A stretch of DNA of 64,000 bases from Alphaproteobacteria bacterium (GCA_017629245.1 JAGBXO010000009.1:38256-102255); one strand, 5' to 3'. Shown: positions 18,450 through 28,153, counted from the stretch's first letter. Translations and numbers: made by a program. Notes: generated from the sequence alone by a model not told the origin.

Positions 18450-20509
18450 TGAGGGTTAGAAAAAATATTTTTGTGTCAATGCTGCGAATTGTCGGACTGT
18501 TTCTTGTCGGACTGGTTGTGGCGATTGTTGTAGCGTTAAGTCAGGTGAATTTGGAGACTTTGCGTGGGGATTTGGTTTCTGTGTTGCGCGATGCAACCGG
18601 TATGCCGATTCAAATTGATGGGGCGGTATCGTGGAAGTTTTCATTGCGACCGCGGGTAGAATTGAATTTGGTGCGTATACCAAATGCTGCATGGGCGAAA
18701 AGTAAGTATGCCTTCAGTGCAGAAAAAATAGATGTGCGTTTAAACCTGGTGTCTTTGTTGCGAGACAGGCCGACAATTCAAAATGTGCGTGTGTATGATG
18801 CGAATATAAATATTGAAAAAAATAGTGAGGGTAAATATTCACTGGAAAAAATAGTAAAGGAAAAAAAGTCTGAAGAAAATGCTGCCCATGTTCAGGAAAA
18901 ATACCCGTTTAGAGATGCTGGATTGGGTGGTGTTGAGGTGAAAAAATTAAGCCTTAATTTCCTGGGGGATGTATATAATTTGGCGGGATTTAATATTCGT
19001 TTGATGCCATATAAAGAAGCACGGGAATATTCGGGATGGATAAAATCTGGAAATGATGTTTTGCCTTTCATAGTGTCTTTTTCTGAATATAATATGGCGC
19101 GAAAAATTTATCCAATGCAAATTGCATTGTCAACGGGGGGTGAGGCATTGATTGCAAATGTTGCGCTGGAGGGAACCAGTAAATTGCCCATAGATTTTAG
19201 AGTTAAGGGAGATGTTCCGGATGCACAGAAATTTGGACGTATTTTAAATTTGGATTTATCTGATGTGCCGGCGTTGCGTTTGAATCTTGCAGGTGGGCTG
19301 GATAGAAAAAAAGTTGTGTTGCGCAAATCTTCGATGTTGGTGCGTGATACGGATTTTACCTTGTCGGGCGAATTGGATTGGGGTAAAAAAAATTTGGTGT
19401 TAAAATTAAATGTTGATACGCCAGTGGTGAATTTGGCGAAATTATTCCCAGAAATGTATGATGGGGTGCGTGTTCATAATAAGAAAAATTTGAATGTGTT
19501 TAAGAATGTTCCGTTGTTTGCAGATAAATTTATTGATAAGAATGTGGATTTGAATCTTAATATAGGACGGTTGGTAATGTATCGGGAATTGGATTTAAAA
19601 AATCTGAAACTGGATATGGATGTTGTTGATAATCATGCACGAATTGATATTAAAACAGGTATCGCAGATGGTAATATTCAAATAGGTATAGATGGTGATA
19701 TAGAAGAAAATGGTCGTGTTTGGATTCAAGCGGCTGCACGTGGAGAAAAAATATCAGTTGGTGAAATTTTAAGCGAAATTAATAAAAATGATTTTTTGTC
19801 TGATTTGCCGATGGATTTAGAGTTTTATGTTCGGGCAAATGGTGAAAATTTATCACAGATTATGCAGACAATAACAGGACCGGTACGTGTTTGGTCCAGT
19901 GGTGCTGGTTATGCGCATTCCGCGTTGGTGGCGTATATGTATGGAACTGATTTTCTGACATCGCTGCGACATGGAATACAAGACCTGTTCAGTTCAGAAA
20001 AGAAATACAATCAGATAAAGATATCGTGTGTAGCACTGAATGTGAATTTGCGTGATGGTATGTTTGAAACACAAAATGGATTCGCGGTTGAAACGAATGC
20101 GATAAATTTGCGTTTGGTTGGGTCTTTGAATCTAGGTGATGAAGAAATGAAATTGGCATTGACAACTGTGCCAGTGCGTGGATTAAAATTGTCTTTGACA
20201 GGTAATGTTGTAAACTCTGTTAGTTTAACTGGTAGTTTGGCACAGCCTGATGTGAAAATTAGTGGTGCTGCCATGGCAGGCAAAGTTGCTTCTGCAACTG
20301 GTTTGGGGTTATTGTTGGCACCGTTTACAGGTGGTATTAGTTTGGTTGCAGGCGCAGGTATTGGTTTGGTCGCAGGTGACTTGTTAGAAAATTGGTTGGC
20401 AGACAGTAATCCGTGTGAAACGGCGATGGAGCGTGGTGCACCATTGCGACGCGATGATCCAGAATGGATGGCGTTGCCAATTAATGAACTGATAGATATT
20501 GTTTTATAA
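18449..20509 (+). CDS. AsmA-family outer-membrane biogenesis protein (putative)
   Basis: N-terminal TM anchor, a long beta-rich periplasmic body and a Gly-rich hydrophobic C-terminal segment. The start overlaps the rluC stop (TAATG). The family call rests on architecture only. Confidence 0.45.
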   Translation: MRVRKNIFVSMLRIVGLFLVGLVVAIVVALSQVNLETLRGDLVSVLRDATGMPIQIDGAVSWKFSLRPRVELNLVRIPNAAWAKSKYAFSAEKIDVRLNLVSLLRDRPTIQNVRVYDANINIEKNSEGKYSLEKIVKEKKSEENAAHVQEKYPFRDAGLGGVEVKKLSLNFLGDVYNLAGFNIRLMPYKEAREYSGWIKSGNDVLPFIVSFSEYNMARKIYPMQIALSTGGEALIANVALEGTSKLPIDFRVKGDVPDAQKFGRILNLDLSDVPALRLNLAGGLDRKKVVLRKSSMLVRDTDFTLSGELDWGKKNLVLKLNVDTPVVNLAKLFPEMYDGVRVHNKKNLNVFKNVPLFADKFIDKNVDLNLNIGRLVMYRELDLKNLKLDMDVVDNHARIDIKTGIADGNIQIGIDGDIEENGRVWIQAAARGEKISVGEILSEINKNDFLSDLPMDLEFYVRANGENLSQIMQTITGPVRVWSSGAGYAHSALVAYMYGTDFLTSLRHGIQDLFSSEKKYNQIKISCVALNVNLRDGMFETQNGFAVETNAINLRLVGSLNLGDEEMKLALTTVPVRGLKLSLTGNVVNSVSLTGSLAQPDVKISGAAMAGKVASATGLGLLLAPFTGGISLVAGAGIGLVAGDLLENWLADSNPCETAMERGAPLRRDDPEWMALPINELIDIVL

Positions 20510-20522
20510 AGGAGGAAGGTAA

Positions 20523-21281
20523 ATGTTTAGTTGGGTTGATTTAATTCAAATTTTGATTATTGTTGGTTTGATGTGGGTTTTTTATCGCAGTTTTATTCAA
20601 AATACCCAGTCAGAAAAATTGGTGCGTGGGTTGTTTGGATTGGCAGCATTGTGGGTACTTAGTTTTGTACTGTCTTGGGTGCATTTGGACTTGTTGGCAA
20701 CATTCTTGCATTGGACTGCATTGTTTTTATCTTTGAGTCTTATTGTCGTTTTTCAGCCAGAATTGCGCAAGTTTATGGCCTTGATGGGGAATGTTGAACA
20801 GTGGCGCCGTATCTTTAAACGGGGTGGTGTGACAGCAAAAAGTACCAAGGGCTTGGATGCGATTGTGTCTGCTGTGGAATATATGTCGCAAAAGCATACG
20901 GGGGCATTAATTGTGTTTCCTAGTTCTTTGGATGAAAGCGCAATTGAAAAAAAAGGAATTGCCATAGATGCAAAAATCAGCAGTGAATTGTTGTTGACGA
21001 TATTTTTTAATAAAACACCATTGCATGATGGGGCGGTTATTATTGAAAATGGGCGTATTGCATATGCAGGGGCGATTTTGCCATTGTCGCAGAATAATTT
21101 GAATTGGAAATATGGGACTCGACATCGTGCAGCGCTGGGGATTAGCGAGGTGTCTGGTGCAGCCGTATTGATTGTTTCAGAAGAAAGTGGTGATATTTCA
21201 ATCGCTGAAAAAGGTAAATTTGCAAAATATGATGATATGAAGAAGTTGCGCACACGGTTGGAAAAGATTCTTAGTAAATAA
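20523..21281 (+). CDS. cdaA: Membrane-bound diadenylate cyclase CdaA (c-di-AMP synthase)
   Basis: Three N-terminal TM helices, plus the DAC domain motifs TPLHDGAVII and GTRHRAALGISE. Confidence 0.85.
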   Translation: MFSWVDLIQILIIVGLMWVFYRSFIQNTQSEKLVRGLFGLAALWVLSFVLSWVHLDLLATFLHWTALFLSLSLIVVFQPELRKFMALMGNVEQWRRIFKRGGVTAKSTKGLDAIVSAVEYMSQKHTGALIVFPSSLDESAIEKKGIAIDAKISSELLLTIFFNKTPLHDGAVIIENGRIAYAGAILPLSQNNLNWKYGTRHRAALGISEVSGAAVLIVSEESGDISIAEKGKFAKYDDMKKLRTRLEKILSK

Positions 21282-21400
21282 AATTTTTTGTTGTGATGAT
21301 TGGGGTGCTTTTGGTCTTGCACCGAATCGGGGTTTTTTGGTAAAGTTTGGGTAAAAGAGTGTAGGTCACACAAATTTTATAAGGAAACAGGAGTAGTATT

Positions 21401-22519
21401 ATGGAATTTTCAGTGTTTCGTCAGGTTTTGATACGTGCGCTGGGGCATATGCAGTCGATTGTTGAAAAGCGCGCGACATTGCCAATTTTGATGAATGTTA
21501 AAATAGAAGCGGCAGATGATTTGATTTTGTCTGCAACTAATGTAGATTTAGAATTGGTTGAACATGTGGCGGCGGATATTACATTGGGTGGTAAGATTAC
21601 TGTCCCCGTTCAGATGTTGTATGATATTGTCCGCAAATTGCCAGATGATGCAGAAATATCTTTTAAACAGTCGGGTGATCAGTTAGTCGTGTCCAGTGGA
21701 CGTGCAGTGTTTCGTTTGCCAACATTGCCAGCAGAAAATTTCCCAGCGATGGCGGGTAGCAATTTGACAACTAAATTCCAGATGACAACGGGGGATTTGG
21801 CGCATTTGATTAATCAGACAAAGTTTGCAATTCCAACGGATGATGTACGCTATCATTTGGGGGGGATCTATTTTCATATCGCAGATGAAGGCGATGCGAA
21901 AAAACTGACTGCGGTTGCAACAGATGCCCAGCGTATGGCACTGTGTGCGATGCCGGCACCAGTGGGCAGTGCAGAAATGCCATCGGTTATTTTGCCACGC
22001 CGTGTGATTGGCGAATTGTCAAAGTTATTGGAAGATGCCAATGTTGATGATGTTATGGTTGAATTGTCAGATACAAAGGCGCGTTTTACAGTTGGTTCTG
22101 CAACATTGACCAGTAAATTGGTTGATGCGCAATATCCAAACTATCGTGTTGTAATCCCCAAGGGGAATGACAAAATTGCAATTCTGGACAGAAAACAGTT
22201 TATTAATGCGGTTGACTTGGTTTCGGTTGCCAGTGTTGATAAAACAAAATCTGTTCAATTAACATTTAGTATGAACAAGTTGGTTATTAATGCATCTAGC
22301 CCAGATGCAGGAACTGCAACCCAGGAATTAGATATTGAATACAATGGTGATAGTTCTTTTACAGTTGTGTTTAATGTAAAGTTCTTGTTAGATGTTGCGG
22401 GTCAGGTAGAAGGTGAAAAGTTCCAGATGGAGATGCAGGATCCGTTGGCACCAACAAAAATAAACTCGGTTGATAAAGATACAGATGCGTTGTATGTTTT
22501 GATGCCAATGAGAATGTAA
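21401..22519 (+). CDS. dnaN: DNA polymerase III beta sliding clamp
   Basis: 372 aa. ILMNVKIEA..., RLPTLPAENFP, RYHLGGIYFH and a C-terminal ...MPMRM typical of DnaN. Confidence 0.9.
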   Translation: MEFSVFRQVLIRALGHMQSIVEKRATLPILMNVKIEAADDLILSATNVDLELVEHVAADITLGGKITVPVQMLYDIVRKLPDDAEISFKQSGDQLVVSSGRAVFRLPTLPAENFPAMAGSNLTTKFQMTTGDLAHLINQTKFAIPTDDVRYHLGGIYFHIADEGDAKKLTAVATDAQRMALCAMPAPVGSAEMPSVILPRRVIGELSKLLEDANVDDVMVELSDTKARFTVGSATLTSKLVDAQYPNYRVVIPKGNDKIAILDRKQFINAVDLVSVASVDKTKSVQLTFSMNKLVINASSPDAGTATQELDIEYNGDSSFTVVFNVKFLLDVAGQVEGEKFQMEMQDPLAPTKINSVDKDTDALYVLMPMRM

Positions 22520-22522
22520 TAC

Positions 22523-22547
22523 TTCCCCCGTTTGGGGGAATTTTTTT
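22523..22547 (+). terminator. Rho-independent terminator of dnaN
   Basis: TTCCCCC-GTTT-GGGGGAA followed by T7. Confidence 0.75.
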
Positions 22548-22603
22548 GTTGTTGTGTGATGAGATAAATAAAAGTTTGTCGCGGTAAATAATTTATCATA
22601 TTT

Positions 22604-22625
22604 GTCATTCCTGCGCGGGAATGAC
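22604..22625. repeat. 22-bp perfect palindrome GTCATTCC-TGCGCG-GGAATGAC
   Basis: Read directly from the sequence. The GGAATGAC core recurs in the 163-bp tandem units at 61.9-62.3 kb. Confidence 0.7.
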
Positions 22626-22675
22626 AATGGTACTTAATTTTTTTATCTAAAATACTTTGCTAACCTTTTGTTTAT

Positions 22676-22701
22676 CTAAAAAATCCCCCAAATGGGGGAT
22701 T
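22676..22701 (-). terminator. Rho-independent terminator of typA
   Basis: ATCCCCC-AAAT-GGGGGAT hairpin with a T-run on the minus strand, directly after the typA stop. Confidence 0.7.
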
Positions 22702-22702
22702 T

Positions 22703-24535
22703 TTATTCTTCAATATGTTTCTTTAATTTTTTACGTGTATTGCTGTCCAATTCTTTTTTACGCAGACGAATCGTATCAGGAGTGATTTCAACCAATTCAT
22801 CGTCCAAGATATAGGACAGGGCTTCTTCTAGTGAAATGCGACGCGGTGGCGCCAAGAATAATTTTTCATCGGCTGTGACCGAACGCATGTTTGTTAATTC
22901 TTTGCCTTTGATTGGGTTTACTTCCAAATCATTTTCTTTGCTGTGTTCACCGATAATCATACCGGAATAAACCTCGGTCTGGGGGTCGATGAACAGTGTG
23001 CCGCGTGGTTGCAAGTTAAACAGTGCGTATGTTGCTGCTGCGCCTTTTTCCATTGATACCAAAACGCCTGGGCGGTATTGCTGAATCGCGCCACGGTATG
23101 TGTCGTATTTGTCAAATACGCGGTTCATAATGCCGGTGCCACGCGTGTCAGTGCGAAATTCAGACAGGTATCCAATCAAGCCGCGTGATGGTGCAGAAAA
23201 TACAATGCGTGTTTTGCCCGCACCAGATGCCTTCATTTCGGTGATTGTTGCCTTGCGCTTGGTCATTTTTTCAATAACAACACCGCTGAATTCATCGTCG
23301 ACATCAATTACCACATCTTCAATCGGTTCTAATTTTTCACCATTTTCGTTTGTTTGTGTTACAACGCGTGGGCGTGATACAGATAATTCAAAACCTTCGC
23401 GGCGCATTGTTTCAATTAAAATACCCAACTGCAATTCGCCACGACCAGAAACTTCGAACGCTTCGTTGTTTTCACTTTGTTCAACCTTCAATGCGATGTT
23501 TGTTTCGGCTTCTTTAAATAATCTTTCGCCGATCATGCGGGATGTTAATTTTTTGCCAGATTTACCTGCCAAAGGGGATGTGTTTACAAAAAATGTCATT
23601 GTCAGGGTTGGTGGGTCAATTGGCATTGCAGGAATTGGTTCGGTAACTGATGGATCACACAGGGTGTCGGCTACGGTTGCTTTGGAAAATCCTGCGACAA
23701 CAACAATGTCGCCGGCGGACGCTGTGTCGCGTGAAACCTTTTCAATACCGCGATGTTCAATGATTTTCGTGATTTTTGCATTTTCAATAAATTCGCCGTT
23801 GCGATTTATTGCCTTGACTGACTGACCAACGCGAACGGTGCCAGATTCAATTTTACCGGTTAGAATACGACCGACATATGGGTCTGCCTCCAGTGTTGTG
23901 GCCAACATTGTAAATGGTGCATCCAGTTGACAGCGACTGCCGTTGCAATCAGGGGCCGGTACATGGTCAACGATTAATTGGAATAATGGTGTTAAATCTT
24001 TCTTTTCGTCATTCAGGTCGCGTACAGCCCAGCCATCGCGTCCAACAGAATATAAATAAGGGAAATCTAATTGAGAATCTGTTGCACCCAGTTTGTCAAA
24101 TAAATCAAATGTTTCAGACAATACTTCGTCGGGCCGTGCATCGGAACGGTCAACCTTGTTAATACATACTATTGGACGTAGCCCAAGTTTTAACGCCTTG
24201 GATAATACGAATTTAGTTTGGGGCAGGGGGCCTTCGGCACTGTCAACTAACAGGACAACGCCATCGACCATGGATAAGATGCGTTCAACTTCGCCACCAA
24301 AGTCTGCGTGGCCGGGTGTATCAACGATATTAATTTTGTATTCGCCCCATTGAATTGATGTTGGCTTGGCAGAAATTGTAATGCCGCGTTCGCGTTCGAT
24401 ATCGCCACTGTCCATGACCCGCTCGTCAACGCGTTCATTTTCGCGGAAAGTGCCCGCCTGTTTCAACATGTTGTCAACCAATGTTGTCTTTCCATGGTCA
24501 ACGTGCGCGATAATTGCAATGTTGCGAATTTTCAT
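22703..24535 (-). CDS. typA: Translational GTPase TypA/BipA
   Basis: MKIRNIAIIAHVDHGKTTLVD start (internal Met of the track ORF), DTPGHADFGGEVER and NKVDR motifs. About 610 aa. Confidence 0.9.
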   Translation of the reverse strand: MKIRNIAIIAHVDHGKTTLVDNMLKQAGTFRENERVDERVMDSGDIERERGITISAKPTSIQWGEYKINIVDTPGHADFGGEVERILSMVDGVVLLVDSAEGPLPQTKFVLSKALKLGLRPIVCINKVDRSDARPDEVLSETFDLFDKLGATDSQLDFPYLYSVGRDGWAVRDLNDEKKDLTPLFQLIVDHVPAPDCNGSRCQLDAPFTMLATTLEADPYVGRILTGKIESGTVRVGQSVKAINRNGEFIENAKITKIIEHRGIEKVSRDTASAGDIVVVAGFSKATVADTLCDPSVTEPIPAMPIDPPTLTMTFFVNTSPLAGKSGKKLTSRMIGERLFKEAETNIALKVEQSENNEAFEVSGRGELQLGILIETMRREGFELSVSRPRVVTQTNENGEKLEPIEDVVIDVDDEFSGVVIEKMTKRKATITEMKASGAGKTRIVFSAPSRGLIGYLSEFRTDTRGTGIMNRVFDKYDTYRGAIQQYRPGVLVSMEKGAAATYALFNLQPRGTLFIDPQTEVYSGMIIGEHSKENDLEVNPIKGKELTNMRSVTADEKLFLAPPRRISLEEALSYILDDELVEITPDTIRLRKKELDSNTRKKLKKHIEE

Positions 24536-24616
24536 GATTTTAACCCCATATTTTTGTTTTATTGGGTACAGGGTATAACTAAAAATAAGAATTTTCAACT
24601 TTTTTTATACAAAATA

Positions 24617-24644
24617 TTGACATTTTGTAAAATTTGTCTATATT
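24617..24644 (+). promoter_or_regulatory. Sigma70-type promoter (TTGACA - 16 nt - TATATT)
   Basis: Hexamers read directly at 24617-24622 and 24639-24644, upstream of the GGAGAG RBS and the ATG at 24675. Confidence 0.55.
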
Positions 24645-24674
24645 GTATTGTGTAATGAAAAAATGGAGAGTAAA

Positions 24675-25115
24675 ATGATTGATTATGATAAAACATTAGA
24701 AAAGTTTTTTAAGCAGTGTATTGTGTATCTGGAAAAGCGTGCCAAGACTGCCAAGGATAAATACATTCAGCAAGATATTTTTGATGCGATTTGGACAGTT
24801 CAGACAATTTCTGAAAATCCAAGACGGTATGCGGATTATAACACGCGTGTAAAAGCGGGACTGGAAACGCATAAGGTTGTTGATGGCTTTATGGCAGGAA
24901 CAAAAGACAATACCGCATATTTAGTTTATAATAGGGTTTTGAATGTTATTTCATCTTTGTACAGCCAGTATTCGTGGGAACGTGAGCAGGCACAAGAAAC
25001 GTTGTTGAATGCAACCAAGACAATGGAATATAAAAATTCAACAAATTTCTTGAAAGATTTTATTTGGCCGTTCAAGTCACCAGAAGCTTTTGCGGTAAAG
25101 GTAAAACAAAAATAA
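24675..25115 (+). CDS. Hypothetical 146-aa helical protein (tandem gene 1 of 2)
   Basis: Start chosen at MIDYDK because the promoter lies inside the longer track ORF. No recognisable family. Confidence 0.5.
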   Translation: MIDYDKTLEKFFKQCIVYLEKRAKTAKDKYIQQDIFDAIWTVQTISENPRRYADYNTRVKAGLETHKVVDGFMAGTKDNTAYLVYNRVLNVISSLYSQYSWEREQAQETLLNATKTMEYKNSTNFLKDFIWPFKSPEAFAVKVKQK

Positions 25116-25117
25116 AT

Positions 25118-25146
25118 AAAAAACGCCCAGATGGGCGTTTTTTATG
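25118..25146 (+). terminator. Rho-independent terminator
   Basis: AAAAAACGCCCAGATGGGCGTTTTTT. The hairpin is identical to the one at 25623-25650. Confidence 0.8.
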
Positions 25147-25173
25147 CTATAATTACAGAAAAAGGAGTTTGAA

Positions 25174-25623
25174 ATGAGTAATGATTTTTCTGATGCAGAA
25201 GTTTATTTAGCGATTAAATCGGCCTTTGCTGCTTTGAAGGAGTTATCTAAAAAGTCCCTGCATAAACGGGCATTGCCGGGGCATTATCCTGCTTTTAAAA
25301 AATCTATGGATAAAGTTGATGCAATTATAAAAAAACCACGTTTTGCATTGGGGATGTATAGGGGTGGTAAAAAAAGTATAGCAGATAAAATCATAGATGA
25401 TATTGAAGGTATCTTAGGGGCGACTGCTGATCATGATTTATATGTTATGTTCCATAATATTTCTGTCTATATTGATCATTGGATGACATGTGATCAGAAT
25501 GAAAAACAAGCAAAAAAGATTTTAGCGGAGTCAAAACGATTGAATAATTTGCTGGAATTGGAAAAATCAAATCCGATTGTGCGTCCATTTAAGAAATTAG
25601 CACAGAAGTTTTTTCAGCGTTAA
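25174..25623 (+). CDS. Hypothetical 149-aa helical protein (tandem gene 2 of 2)
   Basis: TATAAT at about 25148 and an AAGGAG RBS. Size and C-terminal pattern are similar to the preceding gene. No recognisable family. Confidence 0.5.
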   Translation: MSNDFSDAEVYLAIKSAFAALKELSKKSLHKRALPGHYPAFKKSMDKVDAIIKKPRFALGMYRGGKKSIADKIIDDIEGILGATADHDLYVMFHNISVYIDHWMTCDQNEKQAKKILAESKRLNNLLELEKSNPIVRPFKKLAQKFFQR

Positions 25624-25650
25624 AAAAAACGCCCAGATGGGCGTTTTTTT
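25623..25650. terminator. Bidirectional terminator shared with serS
   Basis: AAAAAAAACGCCCAGATGGGCGTTTTTTT, overlapping the serS stop. Confidence 0.8.
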
Positions 25651-26926
25651 AGTGTTTGCCACCAATTTTTGTCCGGCCACCCATCAGTGGTTGCAGTTTT
25701 TTGGGGATATTAATTGACCCGTCTGGGTTTTGGTGGTTTTCAATTACCGGTACAATCGCGCGGGGCAAGGCAATTCCTGTGTTATTTAATGTTGCACAGA
25801 ATTGCATGTTGCCGTTTTTATCGCGGAAACGCGTGTTTGTGCGGCGGGCCTGGAATTGTCCAATTGATGAACAAGAGCCTAATTCACGATATGCGCCTTC
25901 GCTGGGGAACCATGCTTCTACGTCGTTCATTTTTACTTTGTTAAAGCCCATATCGCCTGTGCAGGCAGCGATAACACGATATGGTAATTCCAGGTCTTCC
26001 ATAACTTCGCACAGGTTGTTTAAAAGATGTTCATGCATTTCGTCTGACTGTTCAGGGGTGCAGTATATATATTGTTCAACCTTGTTAAATTGGTGTATGC
26101 GCACGATTCCGCGGGTGTCACGGCCGGCCGCGCCGGCTTCTTTGCGGAAACATGGCGAGAAGCCCGCGTATTTAATTGGCAAATCTTTTTCATTCAAAAC
26201 TTCGTCACTGTGCAGGCAATTTAAGATAATTTCTGCGGTGCCCGCCAGGCAACGGTCTGTATCGGTTAACATAAATACATCGTTTGCCATAACAGATGGG
26301 TCGGTACCCATAAAGTGGCCTGCGTTAAAGATTGTTTGTGGTTTTGTGATTGATGGACAGCTGACGAATGTGAAACCTTTGCCCATTAATTTTTGCAAAA
26401 CATATGTTTCAATCGCCAGTTCTAATTCGGCGGCTTCGCCAAACAGGGCATATGTGCGTGTGCCACAGATAGATGCGATTTTTTCGGGTTTCCACCATCC
26501 GTTCATTTCCAATAAATCCCACTGAGGGCGCGGTGTGAAATCAAATTCGCGTGGTGTACCAACGCGGCGTACCTCTACATTTTCGGTGTCGTCACGGCCG
26601 ATTGGGGCCACGTCAGATGGAATTTGTGGAACGCGATGCAACAGGTCTGTTAATTGCTTTTCTTTTTCATCTAATTCCGCCATGTCATTTGCGATTTCAT
26701 TTGCAATTGCCTTGGATGCGGCAATCAGAGGTGCTTTGTCTGTGGCGGTTGGAATTTCACGTGTGATTTTGTTTTTTTCTGCGGTCTTGGACTGGGTAAT
26801 TGTTTTTAGTTCGCGAACACGCGCATCCAGTTCCAGAATTTGGTCGGTGTAGTCTGTGAAGCCTTTTAATTCGCATGCGCGTTTAACGGCATCTGGATTT
26901 TCACGAATGAATTTTATATCAAGCAT
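25649..26926 (-). CDS. serS: Seryl-tRNA synthetase
   Basis: MLDIKFIRENPD N-terminal coiled-coil arm. Class II motifs (FRKEAGAAGRDTRGIVRIHQFNKVE, GTALPRAIVPVIENHQ). Confidence 0.9.
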   Translation of the reverse strand: MLDIKFIRENPDAVKRACELKGFTDYTDQILELDARVRELKTITQSKTAEKNKITREIPTATDKAPLIAASKAIANEIANDMAELDEKEKQLTDLLHRVPQIPSDVAPIGRDDTENVEVRRVGTPREFDFTPRPQWDLLEMNGWWKPEKIASICGTRTYALFGEAAELELAIETYVLQKLMGKGFTFVSCPSITKPQTIFNAGHFMGTDPSVMANDVFMLTDTDRCLAGTAEIILNCLHSDEVLNEKDLPIKYAGFSPCFRKEAGAAGRDTRGIVRIHQFNKVEQYIYCTPEQSDEMHEHLLNNLCEVMEDLELPYRVIAACTGDMGFNKVKMNDVEAWFPSEGAYRELGSCSSIGQFQARRTNTRFRDKNGNMQFCATLNNTGIALPRAIVPVIENHQNPDGSINIPKKLQPLMGGRTKIGGKH

Positions 26927-27157
26927 AATGTTTTACCTTTCTTTAATAATTGATATGTTGTTTTTGAAGTTTTGAATTAAAAAATATCTTTGTGACAAAT
27001 TATTCCCCCAACGGGGATGAAGTGCGACTGAAAAATGAAAATTTCGTTGTCATATTGCTTGGATTATAAATTAATCATATTTTAAATGCAACGATTTCAT
27101 TTGCATATTTGGTGCGTATTTTGTATCGTGTGGCCAAACAAGGAAAGGAAGGTTATC

Positions 27158-28057
27158 ATGTATGATGTTATTATTTTGGGTTCGGGGCCGGCAGGATTGA
27201 CGGCGGCGTTATATACGGCGCGTGCAAATAAAAAGACATTGGTCTTGGGCGGTGACAGATTGGGTGGTCAGACCGCGGGGATTGCTGTGTTGGAAAATTA
27301 TCCGGGCTGGGCCGGCAGTGGTTTGGAATTGGCACAGTTTATGAAAAAACAGTGTGAAACATTCGGTGCCCAGGTGGAATTTTTGTCTGCTACAAATGTT
27401 TCAGGCGATTCGGAAAATGGATTTGTTGTTTCCTGTGATGATGGCAGTGAATTTACCGGTCGTACAGTCATTGTTACAACAGGTGCATCGCCACGAAGAT
27501 TAGATATTGCCGGTGCGCGTGAATTTATGGGGCGCGGTGTTTCGTATTGTGCAACATGTGATGGATTTTTTTACAGTGGTAAAACAGTTATTGTTTTGGG
27601 CGGTGGAAACAGTGCGCTGAATGATGCGTTATACCTGGCAGATTTGGCGAAAACAGTCAAAATTGTATATCGCAAAGATTCTTTTACCCGGGCCGAGGCC
27701 GTATTGCGTGAACGTGTTGCGGCGCGTGATAATATAGAATGCCTGTTTAATACAGAATTGGAAAAAATTGCGGAAAAGCCAGATTCAGCAGATGGTGAAT
27801 TAATTGTGACCACAACAGATGGTACAGAATTAGTTGTTGATGGTGTTTTTGTTGCAATTGGGCATGAAGCCAATACAGACTTTTTAACCGAAGATATTGC
27901 GCGTGATGCGCTGGGGCGGTTGGCACCCGATGCATTGCCGTCGGGCATGTTCGTTGCTGGCGATGTTCGCAGTGGACTGAAGATGCAAATTGCCACCGCA
28001 GTGGGGACGGGGTGTGAAGTAGGGATGGATGCTGTCGCATTTTTAAATAAATTATAA
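27158..28057 (+). CDS. trxB: Thioredoxin-disulfide reductase
   Basis: MYDVIILGSGPAGLTAA FAD motif, redox CATCDG, GGGNSA NADPH motif. GGAAAGGAAGG RBS before the ATG at 27158. Confidence 0.85.
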   Translation: MYDVIILGSGPAGLTAALYTARANKKTLVLGGDRLGGQTAGIAVLENYPGWAGSGLELAQFMKKQCETFGAQVEFLSATNVSGDSENGFVVSCDDGSEFTGRTVIVTTGASPRRLDIAGAREFMGRGVSYCATCDGFFYSGKTVIVLGGGNSALNDALYLADLAKTVKIVYRKDSFTRAEAVLRERVAARDNIECLFNTELEKIAEKPDSADGELIVTTTDGTELVVDGVFVAIGHEANTDFLTEDIARDALGRLAPDALPSGMFVAGDVRSGLKMQIATAVGTGCEVGMDAVAFLNKL

Positions 28058-28153
28058 TAGTTCATCTATGCGAAAATCCGTTGGCTCATGTAGCGTTATG
28101 TACACTACGCCAACGGATTTTTACATATCTAAACCATTCTAATTTATTTAAAC
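28041..28153. repeat. Composite palindromic intergenic element, copy B
   Basis: Outer arms TTTAAATAAATTATAATAG / CCATTCTAATTTATTTAAA are 17/19 complementary. Perfect 12-bp inner stem AAAATCCGTTGG / CCAACGGATTTT. Loop CTCATGTAGCGTTATGTACACTACG. The left arm overlaps the trxB stop. Confidence 0.7.

Noticed and set aside
25656-26525. Long antisense ORFs inside well-supported genes: 25656-26525 in serS, 23100-23825 in typA, 4960-5580 in gatA, 15805-16281 and 16285-16926 in uvrC, 2260-3087 in gatB, 20753-21373 in cdaA, 27571-28065 in trxB, and 38402-38878 in parE.
   Set aside because: Each lies opposite a gene with unmistakable family motifs. Their translations are low-complexity (Ser/Arg/Pro/Cys-rich) and lack RBS or promoter context. 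This is typical of shadow ORFs.
27001-27022. TCCCC-AAC-GGGGA hairpin between serS and trxB, considered as a terminator or attenuator.
   Set aside because: It has a short 5-bp stem and no T-run on either strand. It lies upstream of both divergent genes, so there is nothing for it to terminate.
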